A DNA stretch of 62,032 nucleotides, counting the filler. It is 3 parts of 3 records of this genome, joined end to end, with 100 filler letters (N's around TTAATTAATTAA, not from the genome) between each part and the next. Parts side by side here need not be neighbours in the genome. Positions count along the whole stretch, not along the records: positions 31,452 to 54,456 come from DRR378314_2180; positions 54,557 to 62,032 come from DRR378314_2189; 1 more part is not named here. One strand, 5' to 3'. The position numbers were made by a program, and so were the translations under genes. The notes beneath the pieces were generated by a model. It was not told the DNA's origin and did not search any database. It saw only the letters and a program-made list of their open reading frames with translations. Positions 47,137-56,139 of the stretch are shown piece by piece; within the stretch, counting starts at the first letter, position 1; every line of letters begins with the position of its first letter.

Positions 47137-47814
47137 ATGTTCAAGAAAGCGTCTTTTATCTTGGCCAGCACGTTAATGCTGGCCACTGCCATCGTCGCTG
47201 TATCGAAACCTGCGCTCTTAGACATACAAGCTCAGGCAGCAAATGAGAGCGGCGCCCAGGCCGACAACTCCTTGGTGCGTTCACATTCCCCCATCTTGGG
47301 GCGAGAAGATGCGCCGGTGACGATTGTGGAGTTCTTCGATCCAGCTTGTGAAGCCTGCCGTGCTTTCTATCCCCTGACAAAAAGCATTCTGGAGACCTAC
47401 CCAGAAAAAGTGCGACTTATCGTGCGCTACACCCCTTTCCATGGCGACGTATCGGACAAGGCCATTCGGGTATTAGAAGCCGCCCGTCGGCAGGGCGTCT
47501 TTGAGCCGGTACTGGAGAGGCTGCTAGCTCACCAGGACCAATGGGCTTCGCATGGCAGCTTTGATGAATCTGCTATCCTCGATATCGCTAGCCAAGCGGG
47601 CCTTGATCGAGCGACTGCGGAAAAACAATTGACCTCTGCTGAGGTGCAGGCGGTAATTGATCAAGACATGGCGGATGTCAGAGCTAATCAGATTCGCCAA
47701 ACACCAACCTTTTTTGTCAATGACCAACCTTTAGACCCCTTTGGTATGCAAGAGCTGATTGATGCCGTTGAGAGTGAAGTAGCTGAAAATTCTGAGAAAG
47801 AGGGTGGTCAGTGA
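47137..47814 (+). CDS. DsbA family thiol-disulfide oxidoreductase
   Basis: IVEFFDPACEACRAFYP, QTPTFFVN. Confidence 0.9.
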   Translation: MFKKASFILASTLMLATAIVAVSKPALLDIQAQAANESGAQADNSLVRSHSPILGREDAPVTIVEFFDPACEACRAFYPLTKSILETYPEKVRLIVRYTPFHGDVSDKAIRVLEAARRQGVFEPVLERLLAHQDQWASHGSFDESAILDIASQAGLDRATAEKQLTSAEVQAVIDQDMADVRANQIRQTPTFFVNDQPLDPFGMQELIDAVESEVAENSEKEGGQ

Positions 47815-48797
47815 TGCAGCGCTGGTATTTACTAAGCTTGGTGGGGTTTTACCCCTTGCTAGTGGAAGCTAATTGGCAAGCGCATCTTTCATTGCCACCG
47901 TCTAAACATAGTCTTGTCAGTTTACAAAAGGCTAGCGAGCAAGAAGGCCTTTTACCGCTTGATAGCGTTGATACCCTGACCTTTGGTCGTGATGTGATCA
48001 TTGATACCACCCTCTACGAGGCTTTAGCAGCAGAAGATGTCCCTACGCGATTCGCCAGTAAATTAGAAATACTGCTCAGCGAGTTTATCGCAGCGCCGCT
48101 GGAGCTTTCAGGCAACGAACGTATTCAATTAGTGTGGGAGGAAGATCGACGCCAGGACGGCGCCCGTGTTGGGCCACCACGCCTCAATTATGCTGCTCTT
48201 CCTGACCAGACAGAGCCCTTAGAGGTTATCTGGCCAGAAACCCCAAAGGGTGATGTTGCTCTTTTCAAAAGCAATACCCTACTAGGCACGTTGCGGTTAC
48301 CCGTGCTTAGTGCTCGCTTAACCTCTCGCTTTGGCAATCGACGACATCCTGTGTATGGAGGAGTCCGCCCTCACAATGGAATTGATTTGGCTGCACCAGC
48401 GGGGACGCCAGTTATCGCCATCGCACCTGGGCGCGTATCCTTTATGGGTCGCCAGGGGGGATATGGGCAGGTGGTTGAGGTGGAGCACGACACAGGGGTC
48501 GTTAGTCGCTATACACACCTTAGCCGATTCTCCTCCCAGTTAGTGGTTGGGGATTTAATCAACGCGGGAGAGCTGCTTGGAGAGGTAGGTGCCTCTGGGG
48601 TCACCACTGGCCCCAACCTGCATTATGAAGTGAGGATCAATAACCAACCTGTTGATCCCCTTGGCCAAGGTCAACGCATCATGCTAGGCGAACAACTGAC
48701 TCAAAGTGAATATCAAACATCACTTTACGAGGCAAGAAATCGCTTGGAACAAGCTATCGGTACGGCGTCTATGTATGACTCGATCTCGTATAACTAG
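47811..48797 (+). CDS. M23 family metallopeptidase
   Basis: HNGIDLAAP, SRYTHL, TGPNLHYEV. Confidence 0.9.
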   Translation: MMQRWYLLSLVGFYPLLVEANWQAHLSLPPSKHSLVSLQKASEQEGLLPLDSVDTLTFGRDVIIDTTLYEALAAEDVPTRFASKLEILLSEFIAAPLELSGNERIQLVWEEDRRQDGARVGPPRLNYAALPDQTEPLEVIWPETPKGDVALFKSNTLLGTLRLPVLSARLTSRFGNRRHPVYGGVRPHNGIDLAAPAGTPVIAIAPGRVSFMGRQGGYGQVVEVEHDTGVVSRYTHLSRFSSQLVVGDLINAGELLGEVGASGVTTGPNLHYEVRINNQPVDPLGQGQRIMLGEQLTQSEYQTSLYEARNRLEQAIGTASMYDSISYN

Positions 48798-48916
48798 TTA
48801 TAACCATCTGTGCTTAGCAACGTTGTATGGACTGTAAGTAATGTGAACGTGCGCTTGCTTCGTTTTGGAACCCGAGCCGTGTAATCACTCATCTATTGCA
48901 ACACAGGTAAGTAGGT

Positions 48917-49086
48917 GTGGAAGAGGTTTCTCTTGCCACCATGCGGTGTTTGGTAAGCCTTGTGGCAGGCTTGATGACGGCTGTTGGTGTGCTCCACGTC
49001 TTGTTTACCTAAGCACCAAATCTTGGTGCTAGCGATTTAGCCTTGGGACCGCCGCTGGTGTCATGCTAGCGGCTTATTTCTTCTTG
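48917..49086 (+). pseudogene. ZIP (ZupT/GufA-like) metal transporter remnant
   Basis: SLVAGLMTAVGVLHVLF* followed by out-of-frame DLALG/AAGVMLAAYFF. Confidence 0.65.
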
Positions 49087-49108
49087 GGCGTGGGGCGTAG
49101 CGTTAGTT

Positions 49109-49567
49109 CTAACTCAAGTCGTTAGCACCTCCATGCGAGTTTTCAGTGATACAGAGCTGATGATCACTGATGACCTCAATGATTCGGCAGCTTTCCACTT
49201 TGCCACCGGCACACTGCGTGACCATTCGTTGAAGCTCCTCACGCAGTGCGGACAGTCGCTGAAGGCGGGATTCCACTTTCTTTAGGTGATGTGTGGCGAT
49301 GGCATCGACTTCTTGGCAAGGCATCTCAGGTTGATCTGACATGGCCAAAAGCTCTCGCACTGATTCCACCGAAAAGCCAAAGTCTCGGGCATGACGAATG
49401 AAGGTCAAACGCCGCACCGCGTCGTCTCCATAGCGGCGCTGCCCCCCGTTGGTTCGTGTCGCATCGCGCAGTAGCCCAATACGCTCGTAATAACGAACTG
49501 TTTCAGGTTTGCAATCGGTTCGTCGTGCTAGCTCACCAATGCTGATACTTTGGCCGATCATCGACAT
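49109..49567 (-). CDS. MerR family heavy-metal regulator (CadR/ZntR-like)
   Basis: IGELARRTDCKPETVRYYERIGLL; Cys at PCQEVD and C-x7-C. Confidence 0.92.
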   Translation of the reverse strand: MSMIGQSISIGELARRTDCKPETVRYYERIGLLRDATRTNGGQRRYGDDAVRRLTFIRHARDFGFSVESVRELLAMSDQPEMPCQEVDAIATHHLKKVESRLQRLSALREELQRMVTQCAGGKVESCRIIEVISDHQLCITENSHGGANDLS

Positions 49568-49588
49568 GGTAAAACTCCTTATGCAGGG

Positions 49589-49619
49589 CTGAAGCTATAG
49601 TTGCTATAAGGTTTGCACT
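49589..49619 (+). promoter_or_regulatory. Second MerR-type operator, degenerate promoter
   Basis: CTGAAGCTATAGTTGCTATAAGGTTT, a near copy of 46047-46071. Confidence 0.7.
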
Positions 49620-49639
49620 TCAAAACCATCGCTCATTGG

Positions 49640-49815
49640 GAGGAGCGGCACCACGATCATGGTGGCCCCTCGCAACAGGCCATTGAGGGCACTCCTAGCG
49701 AACTAGGCTATCAAGAGATTTCCCATGATGGCCAAGCACGCGCAGCTGGTTTTTTGTCCCCTTGGCGGCAAACCGCTAAAAAGCGCTTGGTCATTATCAC
49801 AGGAAATCTACTGAA
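49640..49815 (+). pseudogene. Heavy-metal P-type ATPase (CadA/ZntA-like) remnant
   Basis: AIEG..SELGYQ...PWRQTAKKRLVIITG, directly behind the operator. Confidence 0.5.
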
Positions 49816-49929
49816 GGTATCGCCGACAACCCGGTTTTTAACAACGTGGCTGTGCCAGCCAAGAGCAAGCTATAGGAAGTTGAGCTGGTGCAATTTTAAG
49901 CTTGGCAATTGTCAGCATGGGAACGGTTC

Positions 49930-50532
49930 CTACTCCGCTATGATCGAAATGTGGTTCGGGTGAGACGCTACCCGATCAAGCCATCGGCAAACGTTGGGAT
50001 AATTCGCCAGTGTGAACCCACCATCTTCCGCTACATGGGTATAAGCGAAGAGGGCAATATCCGCGATGGTGTAGCGACCTGCGGCGAACCAGTCCTGTCG
50101 TGCCAAGTGATCATCCATCACCGCTAGCGCTTCGCGCCCGAGTGCTTGCTTACCCGCGAGCTGTGCTTGGCGTTCATCGTTCAGACCAAGGTGAGTCAGC
50201 CAGAAGCGCGGTGTGGCGATGTTGGGTTCGTGACTGTACTGTTCAAAGTTCATCCAGCGCAGGGTCTGGGCCTGATCCCAGTGATCTTCCGGCCAATAAT
50301 CACTCTCTTGGGCTAGATAGAAGAGAATGGCGTTCGACTCGCTGAGAAAGCGGCCGTCGTCGAGCTCCAGTACCGGAATCTTGCCAGCGGGGTTCTTCTG
50401 TAAGAATGCCGGGGTTCGCGTTTCTCCATGCACGATATCGTAATGACGATAGTCATAGGGTCTATCCAGCAAATTCAGTAATAGGCGCACTTTGTAGCCG
50501 TTGCCGGAGGGTAGGTAGTCGTGCAAGATCAT
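49930..50532 (-). CDS. Glutathione S-transferase family protein
   Basis: SGNGYKVRL, NPAGKIPVL, LSESNAILFYLA, YTIADIAL. Confidence 0.93.
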   Translation of the reverse strand: MILHDYLPSGNGYKVRLLLNLLDRPYDYRHYDIVHGETRTPAFLQKNPAGKIPVLELDDGRFLSESNAILFYLAQESDYWPEDHWDQAQTLRWMNFEQYSHEPNIATPRFWLTHLGLNDERQAQLAGKQALGREALAVMDDHLARQDWFAAGRYTIADIALFAYTHVAEDGGFTLANYPNVCRWLDRVASHPNHISIIAE

Positions 50533-50682
50533 CGTCGTCTCCTGTGATTTGAACGCGAGGGTGGCCGGTCTGGAATGCACACCCAAGCCGCGGAGGACAG
50601 TGTTTCGCTTTCCGCGAAGTTCGACAAACGAATAGTACTAATATCAGCCATCAGTGGGGCTGATGGATAGAGGCCTCGTTAA

Positions 50683-51579
50683 ATGGATATGGATCTCCTG
50701 CGCACCTATATTGCCGTGGTTGATACCGGCAGCCTTACCCGTGCCGCGCGTCAGGTGCACCGAACCCAGGCCGCGCTCAGTATGCAGATGAAGCGGCTGG
50801 AAGAGCAGGCCGGCTGCAGCTTGTTCTTTAAAGAAGGTCGCAATCTAGAGCTCACCAACGAAGGCAAACGTCTTGTCAGCTACGCTCGCCGATTGCTGGC
50901 AATGCATGATGAGGCGCTAGTTCAACTGAGATCGAGCGCCGCTTTACCGACGTTGCGTATTGGCAGCCCAGATGACTACGCCCAGAGCCTGCTACCTTTG
51001 TTGGTAGATACCATTCATGACCAACATCCTAGTGTTCAACTGCAGCTAATCTGCGCGCCTACCATCACGTTGCGAAACCAGCTGGATGAGGGAGCGCTGG
51101 ACTTAGCTATCCTGACGCGAGCGGCCAATAGTGATGAGGGCCATGTGCTGATGCTTGATAAGGGAGTCTGGATACAGCACCCGGAATTTGACTGGCAGCA
51201 GCACGAAGCGTTGCCTTTGGCTCTGTATGAAGCCGACTGCAAATTTCACAGCTCGGCTCTGGATGGCCTAAACAAAACACGCCGCGCTTACCGCATTAAG
51301 GCGCTCAGCGCCAATACCGGAGCTTTGATGGGGCTGGTTCGGCAGGGCAAGGCCATCACGGCGGCGGCGACGGCTTCCTTGCCGAGTGATTTGGTCGAAG
51401 TCGATGCCGCTCATGAAATGCCGGCATTGCCTAGTATTGATATTGTGCTAGTCAGCTCTTCCTCTGGGCATCCCTTGGTGTCGGTGAGTTGGGCGGGTGA
51501 TTTGGCAAAAGCACTGTCGCTTAGGCTTCACGACGCACAGAAAATAACCGAGGTCTGTCGCTATGAACGTTCAGTTTAG
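50683..51579 (+). CDS. LysR family regulator
   Basis: SLTRAARQVHRTQAALSMQMKRLEE. Confidence 0.93.
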   Translation: MDMDLLRTYIAVVDTGSLTRAARQVHRTQAALSMQMKRLEEQAGCSLFFKEGRNLELTNEGKRLVSYARRLLAMHDEALVQLRSSAALPTLRIGSPDDYAQSLLPLLVDTIHDQHPSVQLQLICAPTITLRNQLDEGALDLAILTRAANSDEGHVLMLDKGVWIQHPEFDWQQHEALPLALYEADCKFHSSALDGLNKTRRAYRIKALSANTGALMGLVRQGKAITAAATASLPSDLVEVDAAHEMPALPSIDIVLVSSSSGHPLVSVSWAGDLAKALSLRLHDAQKITEVCRYERSV

Positions 51580-51668
51580 GCGTGGTAATAACATCGCCAC
51601 AGTGACCGGACGGGTGTACATGGCAATGGTGATTTTTGATCAGGTTGATAGTGCAAGGGATAGTGACG

Positions 51669-52208
51669 ATGGATGAAGCAGAGTCCCTTAACAGGGCGAT
51701 TAATGAGGAAGTGGTAATCTTCCCATCTGATGCTAACTGGCAACGAATGTTCGAGGAGGAGCGATTGCGTCTCTTTGATTTGTTTCCAGATGATTTTTTG
51801 GCGATCGAACACGTTGGGAGTACAGCCGTACCGGGGCTTTCTGCCAAACCAGTTATCGATATCTTGGCTGGCGTGGACTCGATGTCACGTGCTGACAAAT
51901 TAATGGAACCGTTGTGCCGCGCAGGCTATGGAACATCAATGGCGTTCAACGCTTCGCTAGTTGGTCGGCGTTGGCTTATGCGGTGGGCCGAGGGGCGTAG
52001 GACGCATCACCTACACCTCATGGTCTACGGTAGCCGTGAATGGGATCAGCGCTTGGCATTTCGAAACATACTGCGTACCAATGCTGAGCTAGCCCAACTG
52101 TATGAGAAGAATAAGCGGTTATGGGCGGCAGAATTTAAGTCAGATAGAGAAGCCTATACGGCTGCCAAAGCGAGTTTTATCCTGGAGGCACTGAAAAGTG
52201 CAATATAG
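51669..52208 (+). CDS. GrpB family protein
   Basis: IEHVGSTAVPGLSAKPVIDI, RTHHLH, YTAAK. Confidence 0.9.
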   Translation: MDEAESLNRAINEEVVIFPSDANWQRMFEEERLRLFDLFPDDFLAIEHVGSTAVPGLSAKPVIDILAGVDSMSRADKLMEPLCRAGYGTSMAFNASLVGRRWLMRWAEGRRTHHLHLMVYGSREWDQRLAFRNILRTNAELAQLYEKNKRLWAAEFKSDREAYTAAKASFILEALKSAI

Positions 52209-52235
52209 GAAGTGCAATATAGATAGCTTAGGTGT

Positions 52236-52289
52236 GATAACCGCTTTACGTTGCGGCTTGTAAAGCTGCACGTGTTGGCGGCGTCATGC
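52236..52289 (+). mobile_element. Decayed attC (right part)
   Basis: GCTTTAC..GTAAAGC stem and CGTGTTGGCGGCGTCATGC (core GTT mutated to GTC). Confidence 0.6.
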
Positions 52290-52305
52290 AAAAAAGGAGG
52301 CATGA

Positions 52306-52872
52306 ATGCCAGAAGGGTTGTTTTTCCCAGTGATCGAAACCGAACGGCTAACACTGCAGCCATTAGCAGCCGCTGATTCAGAAAGCCTGCTAGACATATT
52401 TTCTTCCCCTGAAGTGATGAAATATTGGAATACGGCACCTTGGTCAGATATTCAGGACGCTTTGGATTTTATTAATGTCAGCAACGACTCGATGCTGCGT
52501 GAAGAGTCACTAGTGCTTGGGATATATCTAAAGTCAACACGTGATCTGGTGGGTAAGTGCATGCTCTTTAGTTATGACAAAGAGTCTAAGCGTGCTGAGG
52601 TCGGCTTTGGCTTAGGCCAGCGCTATTGGGGAAAAGGCTATATCCATGAGGCGGGTGTAGCCTTGATACAGTATGGTTTTAATGCACTGGGGCTTCGTCG
52701 TATTGAAGCTGAAATTGACCCAGATAATCACGCCTCAGCGAAAGCGCTCGAGAAGCTTGGCTTTACTCTAGAAGGGTTGCTTCGGCAGCGATGGGAAGTG
52801 AATGGTGTTGTCTCTGATTCCGCGTTGTATGGAAGGCTGATAAGTGACCCGTCGTCAACCTCCCGCGATTAA
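52306..52872 (+). CDS. GNAT (RimJ/RimL-like) acetyltransferase
   Basis: IETERLTL, YWGKGY, NHASAKALEKLGFTLEG. Confidence 0.9.
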   Translation: MPEGLFFPVIETERLTLQPLAAADSESLLDIFSSPEVMKYWNTAPWSDIQDALDFINVSNDSMLREESLVLGIYLKSTRDLVGKCMLFSYDKESKRAEVGFGLGQRYWGKGYIHEAGVALIQYGFNALGLRRIEAEIDPDNHASAKALEKLGFTLEGLLRQRWEVNGVVSDSALYGRLISDPSSTSRD

Positions 52873-52945
52873 TCTACCTTCCAGGCCCTGTATATGGCGA
52901 GCAGCATGCCTCTACCCTTATGATCGATTATATGACGTTTAAAGG

Positions 52946-53842
52946 ATGATAAAAGTGGTTTGTAAACAACAAGTTTCGCGCTGGGTTATGTCGATTTGCT
53001 TAATAGCGGTTCCTTCAGTATTGATGGCCCAGGATGATAAGTTGCTTACAGAGGTTGAGCGTATAGAGGAACAGTTGGATGCACGCGTTGGTTTTGCAGC
53101 CTATGACCTGGAAACTGGGCAGCGCTGGGAATACAACGCAGACCAGCTGTTCGCGATGTCCAGCACCTTTAAAACCTTAGCGTGTGCATCGCTGCTGCAG
53201 CGTGTGGATGAAGGAAGTGAGCAACTCGAAAGACGAGTGAAAGTATCTGCTTCTGACATTGTCACCTATTCGCCCGTTACCGAAGCGTATGCGGATAACC
53301 GGGAAATATCGCTGTTTGAACTCTGCGAAGCGACGATGACAACCAGCGATAACACCGCAGCTAACCTGATCTTACAGGCGATTGGTGGACCGCAGGCCGT
53401 GACGGCGTTTGTAAGAGAACTGGGTGATAGTGTCACGCGTTTGGACCGCTGGGAGACAGAATTAAACGAGGCTGCACCACAGGATGAGCGTGATACCTCC
53501 ACGCCCAATGCAATGGTGAGTAACCTTGAGAAGCTGGTAGTGGGAAACGCGCTATCGCCCCAGTCGAAAAACCAACTGCTTGAATGGTTGGTTAATAATG
53601 AAGTGGCTGATGGCTTGTTTAGGTCACAAATGCCTGATGAGTGGGTAATTGGAGATCGAACGGGAGCCGGTGGTTTTGGTTCAAGATCGATTACCGCTGT
53701 TATATGGCCGCCTGAGCGCGAGCCTACCATCGTGGCGTTTTATATCACCGAAACTGACGCATCCTTTGAAGAACGAAATAGCGCAATAGCTGAATTGGGC
53801 AGTGTGATCCGAGAGGTTGTGGAGACGGATAGCGCTTTGTAA
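52946..53842 (+). CDS. bla: Class A beta-lactamase, RTG/CARB-like
   Basis: STFK, SDN, RWETELN, and DRTG in place of KTG; signal peptide. Confidence 0.93.
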   Translation: MIKVVCKQQVSRWVMSICLIAVPSVLMAQDDKLLTEVERIEEQLDARVGFAAYDLETGQRWEYNADQLFAMSSTFKTLACASLLQRVDEGSEQLERRVKVSASDIVTYSPVTEAYADNREISLFELCEATMTTSDNTAANLILQAIGGPQAVTAFVRELGDSVTRLDRWETELNEAAPQDERDTSTPNAMVSNLEKLVVGNALSPQSKNQLLEWLVNNEVADGLFRSQMPDEWVIGDRTGAGGFGSRSITAVIWPPEREPTIVAFYITETDASFEERNSAIAELGSVIREVVETDSAL

Positions 53843-53913
53843 TTGTTCAGGCATCGCTTCGCGGGTGATTGATAGGCCCGCGTATCGCTTTCCCGCAACA
53901 CTGGTGCGTGCGG

Positions 53914-54456
53914 CTAGTTGAGAGTGGCGTGGCGGGTGCTTTCCAGTTCTTCAATCATTTTTTTAGCGGCATTGGAAAGCGTACGACTGGTGTGGACGAG
54001 ATAGCCCAACGGGCGCTGGATGGGGGCGGTGTCTACATTGAGCTCGATGAGTTCGCTATCGATCATGTTTTCAGGTAGCAGGCTCCAGCCAAGGCCCACG
54101 CTGCACATCATTTTCAGCGTTTCTAAATAGTTGGTCGCCATGCTGACGGGAAGCTGTAGGCCCACTTCGGCAAAACGTTGGCCAATCAAGGTGCGGGTAA
54201 AGGTTTTGGCACCTGGCAGCACGCAATTGAATTCACATAATTCAGTCAAGCTGAGTGGGTTGTTGGTGTGGCGGGTACGCTGTGCCAGTGGGTGGTCGGT
54301 GGCACAGACAAAACACAGTCGGTCGCGCCATAGCTCTACCACGTGAAGCTGCTCAACGGGGTGGGGGGCGAGAGTGACTATTGCCATCTCCAGCGTGCCA
54401 TCGACCACGCCTTGGTAGGCTAGCTCTGAGTCCAGAAAGTGCAGGTCTAACGCCAC
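53914..54456 (-). CDS. LysR family regulator, C-terminal part (contig edge)
   Basis: TNYLETLKMMCSVGLGWSLLP substrate-binding domain. Confidence 0.85.
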   Translation of the reverse strand: MALDLHFLDSELAYQGVVDGTLEMAIVTLAPHPVEQLHVVELWRDRLCFVCATDHPLAQRTRHTNNPLSLTELCEFNCVLPGAKTFTRTLIGQRFAEVGLQLPVSMATNYLETLKMMCSVGLGWSLLPENMIDSELIELNVDTAPIQRPLGYLVHTSRTLSNAAKKMIEELESTRHATLN

Positions 54457-54556
54457 NNNNNNNNNNNNNNNNNNNNNNNNNNNNNNNNNNNNNNNNNNNN
54501 TTAATTAATTAANNNNNNNNNNNNNNNNNNNNNNNNNNNNNNNNNNNNNNNNNNNN
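54457..54556. other. Artificial contig spacer
   Basis: 44 N + TTAATTAATTAA + 44 N. Confidence 0.98.
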
Positions 54557-55270
54557 ATCCTTGCGCATCCAGTCAACGGCGAAGCCATGTTCGAAATTTC
54601 CCTCGACCATCGTCTTCCAGCGATTGTCCATCTGCCAGCTTTGCGCCGCGCCGCCGCTGATTGCCGCGATCACTTTCTCCGCGTCCAGCCCTGCCTGCTC
54701 GGCAAAGTGCAGCCCTTCGGAGAGGCCCTGCACAATGCCCGCAATACAGATCTGGTTCACAGACTTGGCGAGTTGGCCCGCGCCGCTCTCACCGATCAGC
54801 GTCATGCTCTTGCCATAGGCCGCCATGACGGGCTCGGCAGATTTGAACGCCTTCTCCTCACCGCCGCACATGATGGTCAGCTTGCCATTTATGGCCCCGG
54901 CCTCGCCGCCGCTGATCGGTGCATCCAGGAAGCGCGCGCCCTTCACCCGGCAGCGCTCGTCCAGCTCCCGCGCCAGTCCGGCAGAGGCGGTGGTGTGGTC
55001 CACGACGATCATGCCCGCGCCAAGGCTCGGCTCCAGCTGGTCGAACACGTCGCGCACGTCCGGATCATCTCCCAGGCACAGGAACACGAACTCCGCGCCG
55101 AACGCGGCATCCGCCGGGCTCTTCGCCACCTCGCCCTTGTGCTGGGCCGCCCAGTCACCACGCTTGGCCTCGCTCCGGTTCCAGACGGTCACCTGATGGC
55201 CCTTGGCGGCCAGATGGCCAGCCATGTGAAACCCCATGACCCCAAGGCCAAGAAACGCTGTTTTCGCCAT
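54557..55270 (-). CDS. 3-hydroxyisobutyrate dehydrogenase-family oxidoreductase, 3'-partial
   Basis: FLGLGVMG, FLDAPISGG, GAGQLAKSVNQ. Confidence 0.93.
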
Positions 55271-55402
55271 GACTGATCCTCCGTGACTGTCGTCTGACAA
55301 CTAGATTGAATTTGACGCAAATCCCACCCTTTGTTCTCAACCGACATAAACCAAGCTTTGGTAGAACCGCCATTCCTGACAGAATGATGGGAACTGAAGC
55401 GC

Positions 55403-56095
55403 ATGGCGATTGCCACCACCACCTCGCAACGCTTTCCGGGCAGAAGGCCCGCCGCGCCTCGGCGCAAGATGGGCACGTGGAAGATGGCGTATGCCGACTT
55501 CCTGACAGCGCTCGTGGCCTTTTTCCTGGTCATGTGGCTCGTCAGTGGTGTGTCACCAGACTCTCGCACAGCGATCGCGGATTTCTTCACGGGTGAAGAC
55601 ACCACCGCAACGCAATCGAGCACGCTGGTCGATCTGCGCCCTTCGGAATCCGCCCGTGCGTTTCATGCCCTGAAATCCAACCCGGCATTGAGCGCCGCTG
55701 GCACGAGCCTGATCCTGACCCAGGAGGCAAACGGCATCCGTATCGATCTGGTCGATGGCGACGCGCGCCCTCTCTTTGACAGTGAAAGCGGCAACCTGAC
55801 CGATTCAGGTGAGGCGCTCACACGCGATCTTGGCGTCGCCCTCGGGGGCATGCCAGGCGCGATCACGATTGAGGGCCACACCGATGCCTTTCCGAGCCTG
55901 ATTCCGAATCGGAGCAATTGGGATATCTCTTCCGAACGCGCCAACGCAGCGAGACGGGTGCTCTCAAATGCCGGCATATCCCCCGAACGTGTACGCGCTG
56001 TAACAGGATTGGCGGATACCCAACCGCTTAAACCGGGTGAGCCGCACTTGTCAGTCAATCGCCGGATAAGCATATTGCTTAATCTTGACGGCTAG
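55403..56095 (+). CDS. motB: Flagellar motor protein MotB
   Basis: WKMAYADFLTALVAFF, IEGHTDA, NWDISSERA, NRRI. Confidence 0.92.
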   Translation: MAIATTTSQRFPGRRPAAPRRKMGTWKMAYADFLTALVAFFLVMWLVSGVSPDSRTAIADFFTGEDTTATQSSTLVDLRPSESARAFHALKSNPALSAAGTSLILTQEANGIRIDLVDGDARPLFDSESGNLTDSGEALTRDLGVALGGMPGAITIEGHTDAFPSLIPNRSNWDISSERANAARRVLSNAGISPERVRAVTGLADTQPLKPGEPHLSVNRRISILLNLDG

Positions 56096-56139
56096 TCCCT
56101 GCGGACCGGGCCAAAGCACACTCAAGACCCGGAGCCGCA

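Noticed and set aside
31452-54456. CRISPR array or intI integrase
   Set aside because: No regular repeat-spacer series and no tyrosine recombinase ORF is visible.
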